This document shows, piece by piece, positions 20,009 to 31,678 of a stretch of DNA of 64,000 nt. Position 1 is the stretch's first letter, and each line of letters starts with the position of its first letter. The notes below the pieces were generated by a model, which saw nothing but the letters and a program-made list of their open reading frames with translations, was not told where the DNA came from and ran no database searches. The translations under genes and the position numbers were made by a program. The stretch comes from an uncultured Bacteroidales bacterium (GTDB lineage Bacteria > Bacteroidota > Bacteroidia > Bacteroidales > UBA10428), in NCBI GenBank assembly GCA_964618645.1, contig CAZUBW010000010.1, positions 282 through 64,281 on the forward strand, read 5' to 3'.

Positions 20009-20299
20009 ATGGATATTATAGTAAGGCCAGTTGTAACAGAAAAGATGAATGCCCAGACCGATGCGCTGAAGAAGTATGGGTTCATCGTTCATAAGAAGGC
20101 CAATAAAGTGCAGATAAAAAAGGCCGTCGAAGCGCTGTATGGCGTGACGGTTGAATCGGTTAATACCATGTATTATGCCGGAAAGCGCAAAGCCAGATTT
20201 ACCCGCACCGGTTATGTTGCCGGCAGAAGAAATGCTTATAAAAAGGCAGTGATTACTTTGCGGGAAGGTGATATGATAGACTTTTATAGCAATATTTAA
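20009..20299 (+). CDS. rplW: 50S ribosomal protein L23
   Basis: Size and position between rplD and rplB. IVRPVVTEK and KKAVEALYGV motifs. Confidence 0.96.
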   Translation: MDIIVRPVVTEKMNAQTDALKKYGFIVHKKANKVQIKKAVEALYGVTVESVNTMYYAGKRKARFTRTGYVAGRRNAYKKAVITLREGDMIDFYSNI

Positions 20300-20308
20300 T
20301 AGTATACT

Positions 20309-21133
20309 ATGGCTGTAAGAAAATTAAAACCTGTAACCCCGGGTCAGCGACACAGAGTTGTTGCCTCCTATGACGACATTACCAGCAATGTACCCGAAAA
20401 AGCTTTGCTGACGCCATTAAAGAGGACAGGAGGTCGTAACAGTGACGGGAAGATGACCATGCGCTATATTGGCGGTGGCCACAAGAAAATGTACCGTATA
20501 ATTGATTTCATCCGCAACAAGGATGGGATGGGTGCCAAGGTAAAAACCATTGAATATGATCCCAATCGTTCGGCCCGTATTGCGCTGGTTATTTATGAAG
20601 ACGGTGAAAAGAGATACATCATTGCACCTGCCGGGCTGAAGGTTGGTCAGGAGATCCGTTCGGGCGCCGGTGTTGCTCCCGAAGTTGGAAATTGTCTGAC
20701 GCTGGCCGAGATACCCCTGGGTACGCTGGTTCACAATATCGAACTGCATCCTGGTAAAGGTGGTGCAATGGCAAGAAGCGCCGGATCGTATGCGCAGCTT
20801 ACTTCGCGCGACGGCAAGTATGCCATTATCAAGTTACCTTCGGGTGAATCGCGCATGATTCTGACCACCTGCCGTGCCACCATCGGAACGGTATCCAATC
20901 CCGACCACGGGCTTGTACGTTCGGGTAAAGCCGGTCGTACCCGTTGGCTGGGCCGCAGGCCCAGGGTTCGTGGTGTGGTTATGAACCCTGTTGACCATCC
21001 CATGGGTGGTGGTGAAGGCCGTGCTTCTGGAGGTCATCCCAGGTCGCGTAAAGGATTGTATGCAAAGGGTATGAAAACCCGCAGGAAGAAGAATCCTACC
21101 ACCAGGTTTATTGTTGAAAAACGGAAAAAATAA
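20309..21133 (+). CDS. rplB: 50S ribosomal protein L2
   Basis: [20 protein letters not shown] and [12 protein letters not shown] motifs. Confidence 0.98.
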   Translation: MAVRKLKPVTPGQRHRVVASYDDITSNVPEKALLTPLKRTGGRNSDGKMTMRYIGGGHKKMYRIIDFIRNKDGMGAKVKTIEYDPNRSARIALVIYEDGEKRYIIAPAGLKVGQEIRSGAGVAPEVGNCLTLAEIPLGTLVHNIELHPGKGGAMARSAGSYAQLTSRDGKYAIIKLPSGESRMILTTCRATIGTVSNPDHGLVRSGKAGRTRWLGRRPRVRGVVMNPVDHPMGGGEGRASGGHPRSRKGLYAKGMKTRRKKNPTTRFIVEKRKK

Positions 21134-21146
21134 TTGACTTAATACT

Positions 21147-21416
21147 ATGAGCAGGTCATTAAAAAAAGGTCCCTTTATCGAATATAAGCTCGAGAAGCGT
21201 GTATTGGACATGAATAAATCAGGAAAGAAATCGGTTATCAAAACATGGTCAAGAAGGTCGCTGATCTCACCCGATTTTGTGGGACATACCATTGCGGTAC
21301 ACAACGGCAACAAGTTCATCCCGGTATATGTAACCGAAAACATGGTTGGTCACCGTTTGGGCGAATTCTCACCCACACGTACCTTCAGGGGACATGCCGG
21401 TAAACAAAAAGTTTAG
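21147..21416 (+). CDS. rpsS: 30S ribosomal protein S19
   Basis: [10 protein letters not shown] and [23 protein letters not shown] motifs. Confidence 0.98.
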   Translation: MSRSLKKGPFIEYKLEKRVLDMNKSGKKSVIKTWSRRSLISPDFVGHTIAVHNGNKFIPVYVTENMVGHRLGEFSPTRTFRGHAGKQKV

Positions 21417-21444
21417 ACAGAATAATCCATTAAAATAGAATACA

Positions 21445-21873
21445 ATGGGTGCACGTAAGCGAATAGCAGCAGAGCAACGAAAAGAAGAAAACAAAGCGAA
21501 GGCCAAGGCTGTTTTGAACAATTGTCCAAGCTCACCACGCAAAATGAGGCTTGTGGTGGATATGATCAGGGGCGTTGAAGTAAACCGGGCGCTTGACATA
21601 CTGAGGTTCAGTACAAAGGAGCCTTCCAAAAAGGTAGAAAAGCTTTTGCTGTCGGCCATTGCCAATTGGCAGAAAAAGAATGAAGATACCCGTATCGAAA
21701 AGGCCAACCTTTTTGTAAAGGAAGTTTTTGTTGACGGCGGACGCCAGCTCAAGAGGCTTCGTCCGGCTCCACAGGGCAGAGGTTACAGGATCCGCAAAAG
21801 GTCCAACCATGTAACCATTGTACTGGACAGTCATGCAAATATTGAGGAACAAGTCGAAAGTAAATCAAACTAA
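21445..21873 (+). CDS. rplV: 50S ribosomal protein L22
   Basis: [14 protein letters not shown] motif and synteny. Confidence 0.96.
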   Translation: MGARKRIAAEQRKEENKAKAKAVLNNCPSSPRKMRLVVDMIRGVEVNRALDILRFSTKEPSKKVEKLLLSAIANWQKKNEDTRIEKANLFVKEVFVDGGRQLKRLRPAPQGRGYRIRKRSNHVTIVLDSHANIEEQVESKSN

Positions 21874-21878
21874 TATTA

Positions 21879-22577
21879 ATGGGACAGAAAGTCAATCCGA
21901 TAAGTAATCGCCTTGGGATCATCAAAGGATGGGATTCCAACTGGTTCGGCGGCAGGAACTATTCCGAGAAACTGGTAGAAGACTACAAGATCAGGGAATA
22001 TCTGACAGCAAGGTTGGCAAAAGCCAGCATTTCCAAGATAGTTATTGAGCGCACGCTGAAGCTTATTACGGTTACCGTAAATACCGCCCGGCCGGGAATC
22101 ATTATCGGTAAAGGCGGACAGGAAGTCGACAAACTGAAGGAAGAATTGAAGAAGATCACCAGCAAGGAAGTGCAGATCAACATTTTTGAGGTTAAGCGCC
22201 CCGAACTTGATGCGGTGATTGTAGCCAATAACATTGCGCGGCAGCTCGAAGGGAAGGTTTCATACCGCAGGGCTATTAAAATGGCCATTGCGTCGACCAT
22301 CCGTATGGGTGCCGAAGGAATCAAGGTGCAGGTGTCAGGCCGTTTGGGTGGCGCCGAGATGGCACGTACGGAAATTATCAAGGAAGGAAGAATTCCGTTG
22401 CATACATTCCGCGCCGACATTGATTATGCATTGGGTGAGGCCCTTACAAAGGTCGGACTCATTGGGGTGAAGGTTTGGATCTGCAAGGGTGAGGTTTACG
22501 GCAAGCGCGACCTGGCGCCCAACATAGGTGCCAAAAATGCAAAACCCAAGAGTAATTTTAAGAAACGCAGAAAATAA
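21879..22577 (+). CDS. rpsC: 30S ribosomal protein S3
   Basis: [14 protein letters not shown], the KH-domain motif [10 protein letters not shown], and [10 protein letters not shown]. Confidence 0.98.
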   Translation: MGQKVNPISNRLGIIKGWDSNWFGGRNYSEKLVEDYKIREYLTARLAKASISKIVIERTLKLITVTVNTARPGIIIGKGGQEVDKLKEELKKITSKEVQINIFEVKRPELDAVIVANNIARQLEGKVSYRRAIKMAIASTIRMGAEGIKVQVSGRLGGAEMARTEIIKEGRIPLHTFRADIDYALGEALTKVGLIGVKVWICKGEVYGKRDLAPNIGAKNAKPKSNFKKRRK

Positions 22578-22605
22578 GTGGTTAACACGATAACAGGATA
22601 ACACT

Positions 22606-23028
22606 ATGTTACAACCGAAAAAAACAAAGTTCAGAAGGCAGCAGAAAGGCAGGATGAAAGGCAATGCCCAGCGTGGTCACGACCTTGCCTTCGGATCGTT
22701 TGGAATAAAGGCCCTGGATAATGCATGGATTACCGGTCGCCAGATCGAAGCTGCACGTCAGGCGGTTACCCGTCATATGAAACGTGAAGGTCAGATATGG
22801 ATACGGATTTTTCCCGACAAGCCTATTACCAAAAAGCCTGCCGAAGTACGTATGGGTAAAGGTAAAGGAGCTCCCGAAGGGTTCGTAGCCCCGGTTACTC
22901 CTGGACGCATACTGATTGAGGCCGACGGTGTACCTTTTGATATTGCCAAAGAAGCACTTCGCCTGGCAGCCCAGAAGTTGCCCATCGCAACCAAGTTCAT
23001 TATCAGAAGGGATTATAACCAAATTTAA
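22606..23028 (+). CDS. rplP: 50S ribosomal protein L16
   Basis: [16 protein letters not shown] and RMGKGKG motifs. Confidence 0.98.
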   Translation: MLQPKKTKFRRQQKGRMKGNAQRGHDLAFGSFGIKALDNAWITGRQIEAARQAVTRHMKREGQIWIRIFPDKPITKKPAEVRMGKGKGAPEGFVAPVTPGRILIEADGVPFDIAKEALRLAAQKLPIATKFIIRRDYNQI

Positions 23029-23039
23029 ATTGTCAGTTC

Positions 23040-23237
23040 ATGAAAACTTCCGAGATACGAGAATTGTCCGCCAAAGAAATCGAAGAGCGGATTGAGAATG
23101 AAAAAAACCTCATTTTCCGGCAGAAAATGAACCATGCCATTTCTCCGCTTGACAATCCTATGAAAATTAGGGAAACCAGGAGAAACATTGCCAGGCTGGA
23201 AACTATCCTTCGTCAGAAAAAGAATGAAGCCAAGTAA
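23040..23237 (+). CDS. rpmC: 50S ribosomal protein L29
   Basis: 65 aa with the EIRELSAKEIEERI motif, between rplP and rpsQ. Confidence 0.95.
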   Translation: MKTSEIRELSAKEIEERIENEKNLIFRQKMNHAISPLDNPMKIRETRRNIARLETILRQKKNEAK

Positions 23238-23255
23238 AAGGTAAATTGAACCCCA

Positions 23256-23513
23256 ATGGAAAACAGAAATTTAAGGAAAGAAAGGATCGGTACTGTTGTC
23301 AGTAACAAGATGAACAAGACGATTGTGGTTGCCGAAAAGCGGAAAGTAAAACATCCCATTTACGGTAAGTTCATCAACCGGACAACAAAATTCATGGCCC
23401 ATGATGATACCAACAACTGTAATGTTGGTGATTTGGTGAAGATCATGGAGACCCGTCCGATGAGCAAAAATAAGTCCTGGAGAGTAGTTGAAATTATCGA
23501 AAGAGCTAAATAA
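23256..23513 (+). CDS. rpsQ: 30S ribosomal protein S17
   Basis: [14 protein letters not shown] and HPIYGK motifs, plus synteny. Confidence 0.96.
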   Translation: MENRNLRKERIGTVVSNKMNKTIVVAEKRKVKHPIYGKFINRTTKFMAHDDTNNCNVGDLVKIMETRPMSKNKSWRVVEIIERAK

Positions 23514-23515
23514 CT

Positions 23516-23881
23516 ATGATACAGCAAGAAAGTAGATTAACGGTTGCGGATAACAGCGGTGCAAAAGAAGTGCTTTGTATCCGTGTACTTGGCGGCACAG
23601 GCAGAAGATATGCCTCTGTGGGTGACAAGATTGTTGTGACCGTAAAGAGTGCACTTCCTGCAAGCGAAGTAAAAAAGGGAACTGTTTCAAAAGCAGTTGT
23701 GGTACGAACCAGCAAGGAGATCCGCAGAAACGACGGTTCATATATCAGGTTTGATGATAATGCCTGCGTTTTGCTCAATAATGCCGATGAAATCAGGGGT
23801 ACCCGTATTTTCGGTCCGGTTGCCAGGGAGCTGCGTGACAAGTATATGAAGATTGTATCACTTGCGCCTGAAGTGTTATAA
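23516..23881 (+). CDS. rplN: 50S ribosomal protein L14
   Basis: [17 protein letters not shown] motif, 121 aa. Confidence 0.98.
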   Translation: MIQQESRLTVADNSGAKEVLCIRVLGGTGRRYASVGDKIVVTVKSALPASEVKKGTVSKAVVVRTSKEIRRNDGSYIRFDDNACVLLNNADEIRGTRIFGPVARELRDKYMKIVSLAPEVL

Positions 23882-23898
23882 TATAAAAAATCAATCCG

Positions 23899-24222
23899 AT
23901 GCAGAAAAAATTACATATTAAGAAAGGCGATACGGTTTTCGTTAATGCCGGAGAAAACAAAGGACAACAGGGCAGGGTGCTCGAAGTGATCCGCAAAAAT
24001 AGCCGGGCCATTGTTGAGGGTGTTAACCTGGTGAGCAAACACACCAAACCCAACGCAAAAAGTCCTCAGGGTGGCATCATTAAAAAGGAGGCCGCGGTGC
24101 ACATTTCCAACCTGATGCTTGTGGATCCTTCCAACGGAAAGCCCACCCGTATCGGGCGCAAATTAAACGCCGACGGTTCACTTGTCAGATATTCTAAAAA
24201 ATCAGGGGAGGAAATCAAATAA
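23899..24222 (+). CDS. rplX: 50S ribosomal protein L24
   Basis: KOW motif [21 protein letters not shown], plus synteny. Confidence 0.96.
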   Translation: MQKKLHIKKGDTVFVNAGENKGQQGRVLEVIRKNSRAIVEGVNLVSKHTKPNAKSPQGGIIKKEAAVHISNLMLVDPSNGKPTRIGRKLNADGSLVRYSKKSGEEIK

Positions 24223-24779
24223 TGGCTCATATACCTAACCTCAGAAACAAATACCGGGATGAGATTGTTCCGGCGCTTACCAAGGAGTTCAAATACCATA
24301 CGGTAATGCAGGTGCCCAAGCTCGAGAAGATCGTTATCAACCAGGGCGTGGGTCAGGCAGTCAGCGACAAGAAAATCGTTGACACCGCACAGGAAGAACT
24401 TACCAACATTACAGGCCAGAAGGCTATTCAGACTATGTCGCGTAAGGATATTTCAAACTTTAAGCTGAGGCGCAAAATGCCAATTGGCGTGAAGGTTACC
24501 CTGCGCAGGAATACCATGTATGAATTTCTCGAAAGGCTTATTTGCGTTGCTTTACCCCGTATCAGGGATTTCAAGGGAATCAACAGCAAGTTCGACGGTA
24601 AGGGTAATTATACGCTTGGTATTACTGAACAGATCATATTCCCCGAGATCGATATCGACAAAATCAGCAAGATCCTGGGTATGGAGATCACCTTTGTTAC
24701 TTCGGCGCAGACCGATGAAGAGGCCTTCGCGCTGTTGCGTGAATTTGGATTACCATTTAAAAATATTAAAAAGAACTAG
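24222..24779 (+). CDS. rplE: 50S ribosomal protein L5
   Basis: [13 protein letters not shown] and [10 protein letters not shown] motifs. The start overlaps the rplX stop. Confidence 0.97.
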   Translation: MAHIPNLRNKYRDEIVPALTKEFKYHTVMQVPKLEKIVINQGVGQAVSDKKIVDTAQEELTNITGQKAIQTMSRKDISNFKLRRKMPIGVKVTLRRNTMYEFLERLICVALPRIRDFKGINSKFDGKGNYTLGITEQIIFPEIDIDKISKILGMEITFVTSAQTDEEAFALLREFGLPFKNIKKN

Positions 24780-24784
24780 TTAGT

Positions 24785-25054
24785 ATGGCTAAAGAATCAT
24801 TGAAAGCCCGCGAAGTAAAACGCAAGAGACTTGTGGAGAAGTTCGCAGCTAAAAGAGAGAAGCTGAAAGCCGAAGGCGATTTCCAGGAGCTCAGCCGTTT
24901 GCCACGGAATTCAAACCCCATCAGATTGCATAACCGTTGCAAGCTTACCGGCAGGCCCAAGGGATACATGCGTCAGTTTGGCATCAGCAGGATTGCTTTC
25001 AGGGAACTTGCTTCCAAAGGGTTAATTCCCGGTGTGAAAAAAGCCAGCTGGTAA
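24785..25054 (+). CDS. rpsN: 30S ribosomal protein S14 (long, non-zinc form)
   Basis: 89 aa, [26 protein letters not shown]. Has no CxxC pairs. Confidence 0.96.
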   Translation: MAKESLKAREVKRKRLVEKFAAKREKLKAEGDFQELSRLPRNSNPIRLHNRCKLTGRPKGYMRQFGISRIAFRELASKGLIPGVKKASW

Positions 25055-25087
25055 TTTTGAGGTGAATCAAGAGAAAAAAATAAAGAA

Positions 25088-25483
25088 ATGACAGATCCGA
25101 TAGCAGATTACTTAACCCGATTGAGAAATGCGATTTCCGCCCGTCATAAGGTAGTTGAAATCCCCGCGTCCAATCTGAAAAAAAATATAACCAAGATCCT
25201 TTTTGATAAGGGTTATATTCTCAATTACAAGTTTGTGGATGACAAGGTGCAGGGAAGCATTAAGATAGCCCTGAAATATCATGCCGAAACCAAACAGCCT
25301 GCCATTCGTGCACTGGAACGTATAAGCTCACCCGGTCTCCGCAAGTATGTGAATGCCGAAGAATTACCCAGGGTGTTGAACGGACTTGGCATTGCCATTT
25401 TGTCCACTTCCAGGGGTGTGATGACCGATAAAGAAGCCAGAAACCTGAACATAGGCGGCGAAGTTTTGTGTTACGTTTATTAA
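25088..25483 (+). CDS. rpsH: 30S ribosomal protein S8
   Basis: [15 protein letters not shown] and GGEVLCYVY motifs. Confidence 0.98.
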   Translation: MTDPIADYLTRLRNAISARHKVVEIPASNLKKNITKILFDKGYILNYKFVDDKVQGSIKIALKYHAETKQPAIRALERISSPGLRKYVNAEELPRVLNGLGIAILSTSRGVMTDKEARNLNIGGEVLCYVY

Positions 25484-25496
25484 CGGAGGAAAATCA

Positions 25497-26054
25497 ATGT
25501 CACGAATAGGAAAACTGCCGATCAAACTGCCACAGGGTGTAACCGTAACGGTAAAACCCGATAACACGGTTATGGTTAAGGGGCCCAAGGGTGAACTTAG
25601 CCAGGTGATTGATCCGGATATTAAGGTCGATGTAGACAACGGAATCGTTGAAATCAGTCGTCCCACTGAGCAAAAGCGCCACAAATCGATGCATGGCCTG
25701 TACCGTTCCCTTATCAATAACATGGTACATGGCGTATCCGAAGGATATAAAATTGAAATGGAAGTTGTAGGTGTTGGTTTCAAGGCCGAAGCAAAAGGTC
25801 AGTTACTCGACCTGAGCCTGGGATATTCTCACGATATTTATTTTGAGATTCCCGGAGAAGTAAAGGTGGAAACCCGCACCGAAAGGCGCAGCAACCCTAT
25901 CATTACGCTTACCAGTAATGATAAGCAGTTGATAGGACAGGTTGCAGCTAAAATCAGGTCATTCCGCAAACCTGAACCTTACAAAGGCAAGGGTATTAAA
26001 TTTGTGGGTGAAGTACTACGGAAGAAAGCCGGTAAGTCGGCAACAGCCAAATAA
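25497..26054 (+). CDS. rplF: 50S ribosomal protein L6
   Basis: MSRIGKLPI and PEPYKGKGI motifs. Confidence 0.97.
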   Translation: MSRIGKLPIKLPQGVTVTVKPDNTVMVKGPKGELSQVIDPDIKVDVDNGIVEISRPTEQKRHKSMHGLYRSLINNMVHGVSEGYKIEMEVVGVGFKAEAKGQLLDLSLGYSHDIYFEIPGEVKVETRTERRSNPIITLTSNDKQLIGQVAAKIRSFRKPEPYKGKGIKFVGEVLRKKAGKSATAK

Positions 26055-26072
26055 TGCATAAATAAACAACGT

Positions 26073-26432
26073 ATGGCTTTAACAAAATTAGAACGCAGAG
26101 CAAGGATAAAATTGCGCATCCGTAAGAGAGTTTACGGTACCAAAGATCAGCCGCGCCTGTCGGTTTTCAGAAGCAACAAGCAAATATATGCCCAGCTTAT
26201 TGACGATGCCGAAGGCAAAACCCTGTTGTCCGTTTCATCGCGCATAAAGGAAATAGCTGAGAAAAAAGGAATAACCAAAGTGGAACAGGCTAAACTGGTG
26301 GGTAAACTGGCTGCTGAAAAATCCAAAGAAAGCGGTATTACCGAAGTGATTTTCGACCGCAACGGTTACCTGTATCACGGAAGAATTAAAGCACTGGCTG
26401 AAGCTGCCAGGGAAGGTGGACTTAAATTTTAA
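26073..26432 (+). CDS. rplR: 50S ribosomal protein L18
   Basis: [19 protein letters not shown] and [24 protein letters not shown] motifs. Confidence 0.97.
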   Translation: MALTKLERRARIKLRIRKRVYGTKDQPRLSVFRSNKQIYAQLIDDAEGKTLLSVSSRIKEIAEKKGITKVEQAKLVGKLAAEKSKESGITEVIFDRNGYLYHGRIKALAEAAREGGLKF

Positions 26433-26438
26433 CGTATT

Positions 26439-26957
26439 ATGTCAAACGTAAACATTCGAAGAGTAAAGACTACAGACCTTGATCTGAAAGACCGTCTTGT
26501 TAGTATCCAGCGTGTGACCAAGGTTACCAAGGGTGGTCGGACCTTCAGTTTCTCAGCCATCGTTGTTGTGGGTAATGAAGATGGTATTGTTGGCTATGGT
26601 TTGGGTAAAGCCAATGAGGTAACGACAGCTATCGCCAAGGGTGTTGAAGATGCCAAAAAGAACCTGATCAAGGTTCCGGTATATAAAGGTACCATCCCCC
26701 ACGAACAGGTTGCCAAGTACGGCGGCGCCAAGGTGTTCCTGAAACCCGCATCGAGCGGTACCGGTGTTAAGGCCGGCGGCGCTATGCGTGCTGTTCTCGA
26801 AAGCGTTGGAGTGCACGATGTGCTTGCAAAGTCGAAAGGTTCATCGAATCCACACAACCTGGTGAAGGCAACCTTTAACGCGCTGATGCTGATGCGTGAT
26901 GCATTTACCATTGCACAGCAGCGCAATGTAAGCATGGAAAAAGTTTTTAATGGTTAA
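26439..26957 (+). CDS. rpsE: 30S ribosomal protein S5
   Basis: [26 protein letters not shown] and [15 protein letters not shown] motifs. Confidence 0.98.
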   Translation: MSNVNIRRVKTTDLDLKDRLVSIQRVTKVTKGGRTFSFSAIVVVGNEDGIVGYGLGKANEVTTAIAKGVEDAKKNLIKVPVYKGTIPHEQVAKYGGAKVFLKPASSGTGVKAGGAMRAVLESVGVHDVLAKSKGSSNPHNLVKATFNALMLMRDAFTIAQQRNVSMEKVFNG

Positions 26958-26971
26958 GAATTATTATACCA

Positions 26972-27154
26972 ATGGCTAAAATACAGATTACACAGGTAAG
27001 AAGCAGAATTCACTGCACCAAGCGGCAAAAACTTAACCTGGATGCCCTTGGCCTCCGGAAACTCAACGCTACGGTTGAACACGAAGCCACACCCCAGATA
27101 TTGGGAATGGTTAATAAAACAAAGCACCTGGTGAAAGTAACGGAATTGAAGTAG
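26972..27154 (+). CDS. rpmD: 50S ribosomal protein L30
   Basis: 60 aa, MAKIQITQVRS, and synteny. Confidence 0.95.
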   Translation: MAKIQITQVRSRIHCTKRQKLNLDALGLRKLNATVEHEATPQILGMVNKTKHLVKVTELK

Positions 27155-27183
27155 AACGATAAACTTAACGATATTTTACTATT

Positions 27184-27630
27184 ATGGATCTTAGCAATTT
27201 AAAACCGGCCAAGGGGTCAGTTAAAAGGGAAAAACGAATTGGCAGAGGCCAGGGATCCGGCAGGGGTGGTACCTCTACAAGGGGACATAAAGGAGGGCAA
27301 TCGCGTTCGGGATATTCCCGCAAGATTGGCTTCGAAGGTGGTCAGATGCCGCTTCAGCGCAGGGTTCCCAAATACGGGTTCACCAATCTCAACCGCAGGG
27401 AGTACAAGGCTATTAATGTATCAACGCTGCAAACACTTGCTGAAAACCGCCAGTTGTCTGTTATAAGCGTAGAAACCCTTGCTGAAGCCGGTTTGGTTTC
27501 AAGCAAAGACCTGGTGAAAATACTGGGGAATGGCAAACTTACTGCTAAACTTGATGTTTCTGCACATGCTTTTTCCAAATCGGCCAAGGCTGCAATCGAG
27601 GCTGTGAACGGAACAGCAACCATAATCTGA
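27184..27630 (+). CDS. rplO: 50S ribosomal protein L15
   Basis: RIGRGQGSGRGGTSTRGHKG and FEGGQMPLQRRVPK motifs. Confidence 0.97.
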   Translation: MDLSNLKPAKGSVKREKRIGRGQGSGRGGTSTRGHKGGQSRSGYSRKIGFEGGQMPLQRRVPKYGFTNLNRREYKAINVSTLQTLAENRQLSVISVETLAEAGLVSSKDLVKILGNGKLTAKLDVSAHAFSKSAKAAIEAVNGTATII

Positions 27631-27637
27631 AACCCTC

Positions 27638-28969
27638 ATGAAATCATTTATTCAGACATTAAAGAACATTTACAAGATTGAGGAGCTCCGTTCGAGAATT
27701 ATATTTACCCTTTTTATCATTCTCATTTACCGGTTAGGTTCCAAAGTTGTATTGCCCGGTGTTGACCCGTCTATGCTCGAGGCTTTTGCTGCCCGCACCC
27801 AGCAGGGTGTTCTGGGTCTGCTCAACATGTTCTCGGGAGGAGCATTTTCCAATGCTTCTATTTTTGCACTGGGAATTATGCCCTATATCTCAGCATCCAT
27901 TATTATTCAGCTGCTGACCATTGCCATCCCATACTTCCAGCGTATGCAAAAAGAGGGTGAAAGCGGTCGACGCAAAATGAACCAGATAACCCGTTATCTG
28001 ACCGTTGCAGTGCTTGTGTTGCAGGCTCCTGCATACCTTACCCAGATTCCGGCGGAAGCACGGCTACTGTCGCCTACCATGTTCCAGATTTCTTCGATCA
28101 TTATTCTTACCGCTGGCACCATATTTGTTATGTGGCTCGGCGAGAGAATTACCGAAAAGGGAATCGGGAATGGTATCTCGCTCATTATTATGATCGGTAT
28201 CATTGCACGTCTTCCCTTTGCACTTATCAGTGAACTTACCGACCGTTTAAACGGTCAGGGGGGGCTGGTGGCTTTCCTGGTGGAGATTATTTTCCTGCTG
28301 TTTGTTATTGCCGTGAGTATTCTGCTGGTGCAGGGTACCAGGCGCATTCCGGTACAATATGCCAAACGAATTGTAGGTAATAAGCAATATGGAGGTGTAA
28401 GGCAGTATATTCCGCTTAAGGTGAATGCTGCCGGGGTTATGCCCATTATCTTTGCACAGGCCATTATGTTCCTGCCCCTCTCTTTTGCAAAGTTTTCAAG
28501 CACAGGTGAGGTAATGTCGAAATTTGTTGCAGCTTTTGCCAATTATACCAGTGTATGGTACAATGTGGTTTTTGCATTATTAATCATTGTTTTTACTTAT
28601 TTTTACACGGCCATTATTATGAATCCGACCCAAATGGCCGAGGACATGAAAAAGAACGGTGGTTTTATTCCCGGTGTGAAACCTGGCAAAAAAACCAGCG
28701 AATTTATCGACTCGGTGATGTCAAAAATCACCTTGCCGGGATCAATATTTTTGGCTCTTGTTGCCATATTGCCGGCTTTTGCCAGCCTGCTGGGTATACA
28801 AGCCAGTTTCGCACAGTTTTTCGGTGGCACTTCGCTGCTGATTATGGTGGGTGTTGTACTCGATACGCTTCAGCAAATCGAAAGTCACCTGCTGATGCGC
28901 CATTACGATGGACTGATGAAATCGGGCCGGGTTAAAGGAAGAGCAGGCGGTGTAGCCTCCTCAATATAA
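27638..28969 (+). CDS. secY: preprotein translocase subunit SecY
   Basis: 10-TM profile. Motifs FALGIMPYISASII and RKMNQITRYLT, plus synteny after rplO. Confidence 0.97.
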   Translation: MKSFIQTLKNIYKIEELRSRIIFTLFIILIYRLGSKVVLPGVDPSMLEAFAARTQQGVLGLLNMFSGGAFSNASIFALGIMPYISASIIIQLLTIAIPYFQRMQKEGESGRRKMNQITRYLTVAVLVLQAPAYLTQIPAEARLLSPTMFQISSIIILTAGTIFVMWLGERITEKGIGNGISLIIMIGIIARLPFALISELTDRLNGQGGLVAFLVEIIFLLFVIAVSILLVQGTRRIPVQYAKRIVGNKQYGGVRQYIPLKVNAAGVMPIIFAQAIMFLPLSFAKFSSTGEVMSKFVAAFANYTSVWYNVVFALLIIVFTYFYTAIIMNPTQMAEDMKKNGGFIPGVKPGKKTSEFIDSVMSKITLPGSIFLALVAILPAFASLLGIQASFAQFFGGTSLLIMVGVVLDTLQQIESHLLMRHYDGLMKSGRVKGRAGGVASSI

Positions 28970-28988
28970 TTTGATTTGACGTTCTTTG

Positions 28989-29768
28989 ATGATTCATTAT
29001 AAAACAGCGGAAGAAATTGAATTGTTACGGGCCAGCAACCTGTTGGTTTCCCGGACAATTGCAGAAGTTGCAAAAGCAATTGCGCCAGGGGTAACTACGC
29101 TGAAGCTCGACAAAATCGCTGAAGAGTTTATCCGCGATCACCATGCTGTCCCGGGTTTTCTGGGCTATCAGGGTTTTCCGAATACACTTTGTACCTCTGT
29201 TAATCAGCAGGTGGTGCACGGAATTCCTTCGGGCTATGTGCTTAAGGAAGGAGATATTGTTTCGGTTGATTGCGGTGTGCTGCTACAGGGTTATTATGGC
29301 GATTCGGCCTATACTTTTGCTGTGGGAAATGTGACCGACAAGGTAAAGCATCTGCTGAAAACCACTTATGAGTCGCTTTACAAGGGTATTGAAAATGCCC
29401 GCGACGGATTACGGGTGGGCGACATCAGTAACGCGGTTCAGTTGCACTGCGAAAAGGAAAAGTTCTCAGTGGTCCGTGAAATGGTCGGGCATGGCATCGG
29501 AAAAAGCCTGCATGAGGCGCCCGAAGTACCCAATTACGGCAAAAGGGGACAAGGTCCCAGGCTCAGGGATGGAATGGTTATCTGTATTGAACCCATGATA
29601 AACCTGGGACGGCGCGAGATAACGCAAGATGCCGACGGATGGACCATTCATACAGCCGATCGTTTACCATCAGCCCATTTTGAACATTGCGTGGCCATTG
29701 GCAAGAACGGTGCTGATATTCTTTCGTCATTTGAATATATTGAAGCGGTATATCGCATACCAGCTTGA
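28989..29768 (+). CDS. map: type I methionine aminopeptidase
   Basis: Motifs VVHGIP, VSVDCG, GHGIG and IEPM. The ORF track opens at TTG 28986. The ATG at 28989 is taken as the start. Confidence 0.96.
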   Translation: MIHYKTAEEIELLRASNLLVSRTIAEVAKAIAPGVTTLKLDKIAEEFIRDHHAVPGFLGYQGFPNTLCTSVNQQVVHGIPSGYVLKEGDIVSVDCGVLLQGYYGDSAYTFAVGNVTDKVKHLLKTTYESLYKGIENARDGLRVGDISNAVQLHCEKEKFSVVREMVGHGIGKSLHEAPEVPNYGKRGQGPRLRDGMVICIEPMINLGRREITQDADGWTIHTADRLPSAHFEHCVAIGKNGADILSSFEYIEAVYRIPA

Positions 29769-29856
29769 AAAAGTGAAGATTTATGAATAAAATATATAGA
29801 AACTATAATCAATAAATCAACTAATCAACAAATCGAAAGATAAACAGGGATCATAT

Positions 29857-30075
29857 ATGTCAAAACAACCGTCAATTGAACAGGATGGCGTTATTAAAGA
29901 AGCCCTTTCCAATGCAATGTTCCGGGTGGAACTGCAGAATGGGCATGTGATTACCGCTCACATCTCGGGGAAAATGAGAATGCATTACATCAAAATCCTT
30001 CCCGGCGATAAAGTGAGGGTTGAAATGTCACCATATGATCTGACAAAAGGACGAATAACATTCAGATACAAATAA
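29857..30075 (+). CDS. infA: translation initiation factor IF-1
   Basis: 72 aa S1-like protein with [32 protein letters not shown]. Confidence 0.98.
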   Translation: MSKQPSIEQDGVIKEALSNAMFRVELQNGHVITAHISGKMRMHYIKILPGDKVRVEMSPYDLTKGRITFRYK

Positions 30076-30088
30076 TTGATAGATTATC

Positions 30089-30205
30089 ATGAAAGTAAAG
30101 ACTTCTATTAAGAAACGCACTGCTGACTGCAAGATTATTCGCAGAAAAGGCCGTTTATACGTGATCAACAAAAAGAATCCAAAGTATAAACAGCGTCAGG
30201 GCTGA
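30089..30205 (+). CDS. rpmJ: 50S ribosomal protein L36 (38 aa, below the ORF-track cutoff)
   Basis: Manual translation gives [38 protein letters not shown], then a stop. It sits at the canonical position between infA and rpsM. The single Cys marks it as the non-zinc form. Confidence 0.95.
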   Translation: MKVKTSIKKRTADCKIIRRKGRLYVINKKNPKYKQRQG

Positions 30206-30237
30206 TTGTAAATTAAACATTATTAATATAATACTAT

Positions 30238-30615
30238 ATGGCTAGAATCGTTGGTGTCGATTTACCAAAAAACAAGCGTGGCGAAATAGGCCTGACCTAT
30301 ATTTACGGTCTGGGGCGCAGCACTGCCCAGAAAATTCTGGAAAAGGCCGGCGTTGACAAGAATGTAAAGGTGAAGGATTGGACGGATGAACAGGTTAACC
30401 TCATCAGAAAGGTGATCAATGAAAACTATAAGGTCGAAGGCGAACTTCGCTCCTCTGTTCAGCTGAATATTAAACGCCTGATGGACATCGGTTGCTATCG
30501 TGGTGTTCGGCATCGTCTTGGACTTCCTGTAAGGGGTCAAAGCACCAAAAACAATGCCCGCACCCGTAAAGGACGCAAGAAGACAGTTGCAAATAAAAAG
30601 AAGGCTACCAAATAA
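30238..30615 (+). CDS. rpsM: 30S ribosomal protein S13
   Basis: [10 protein letters not shown] and [17 protein letters not shown] motifs. Confidence 0.98.
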   Translation: MARIVGVDLPKNKRGEIGLTYIYGLGRSTAQKILEKAGVDKNVKVKDWTDEQVNLIRKVINENYKVEGELRSSVQLNIKRLMDIGCYRGVRHRLGLPVRGQSTKNNARTRKGRKKTVANKKKATK

Positions 30616-30625
30616 GGATTGAATT

Positions 30626-31015
30626 ATGGCAAAAAAAGTTGGAACCACCAAGAAAAAGGTTGTAAAGGTTGATCCTGTGGGTCAGGCACATGTGCATGCC
30701 TCATTCAACAACATCATTATTTCGCTCACCAATAGTCAGGGACAAGTTATCTCCTGGGCTTCAGCCGGAAAAATGGGCTTCAAGGGTTCAAAAAAGAACA
30801 CCCCTTATGCTGCCCAGGTTGCTGCTGCCGAATGTGCAAAAACAGCCTTTGACCTCGGCCTCCGTAAAGTAAAAGCTTTTGTTAAAGGCCCCGGAGCCGG
30901 AAGAGAATCAGCAATCCGCACCATCCATACCGCAGGTATAGAGGTTACCGAAATTGTTGATGTTACCCCTTTGCCGCATAATGGCTGCAGGGCACCCGGA
31001 AGAAGAAGGGTTTAA
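30626..31015 (+). CDS. rpsK: 30S ribosomal protein S11
   Basis: [28 protein letters not shown] and TPLPHNGCR motifs. Confidence 0.98.
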   Translation: MAKKVGTTKKKVVKVDPVGQAHVHASFNNIIISLTNSQGQVISWASAGKMGFKGSKKNTPYAAQVAAAECAKTAFDLGLRKVKAFVKGPGAGRESAIRTIHTAGIEVTEIVDVTPLPHNGCRAPGRRRV

Positions 31016-31056
31016 TGAATTTGGCAGATTATTGAGTTTAAATATTTACATCAGAA

Positions 31057-31662
31057 ATGGCAAGATATACAGGACCAAAAAGTAAAATAGCCAGAAAATT
31101 TGGCGATCCCATCTTCGGGCCGGATAAGAGCTATGATAAAAAGAACTATCCTCCCGGACAACATGGCGTGAACAAAAAGCGCAAGAAATCATCGGAATAT
31201 GGCGTACAGCTTCGCGAAAAGCAAAAAGCCAAATATACCTATGGTGTGCTCGAACGTCAGTTCGCCAATCTTTTTGATAAAGCCCAACGCAGCAAGGGTG
31301 TTACCGGTGAAGTATTGCTGCAACTCCTTGAATCGAGGCTCGATAATATCGTGTACCGCCTGGGTATTTCTCCCAGCCGCTCTGGAGCACGGCAGCTTGT
31401 ATCGCACCGTCACATAACCGTTAACGGCGACGTGGTGAATATACCCTCGTTTTCGGTTAAACCTGGCGATATTGTTGGCGTACGTGAAAAATCAAAGTCA
31501 CTCGAAGTTATTCATAACTCTCTCGGTTCACGCAGGGTAAATGTTTCATGGTTGGAATGGGATTCGGCATCACTGGCCGGCAAGCTGATCAACCGTCCCG
31601 AACGTGATCAGATTCCTGAAACCATTAAGGAACAATTGATCGTTGAATTGTACTCTAAATAA
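31057..31662 (+). CDS. rpsD: 30S ribosomal protein S4
   Basis: [16 protein letters not shown], an S4 domain ([10 protein letters not shown]), and [13 protein letters not shown]. Confidence 0.98.
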   Translation: MARYTGPKSKIARKFGDPIFGPDKSYDKKNYPPGQHGVNKKRKKSSEYGVQLREKQKAKYTYGVLERQFANLFDKAQRSKGVTGEVLLQLLESRLDNIVYRLGISPSRSGARQLVSHRHITVNGDVVNIPSFSVKPGDIVGVREKSKSLEVIHNSLGSRRVNVSWLEWDSASLAGKLINRPERDQIPETIKEQLIVELYSK

Positions 31663-31678
31663 TTGAAATTTATACAAT

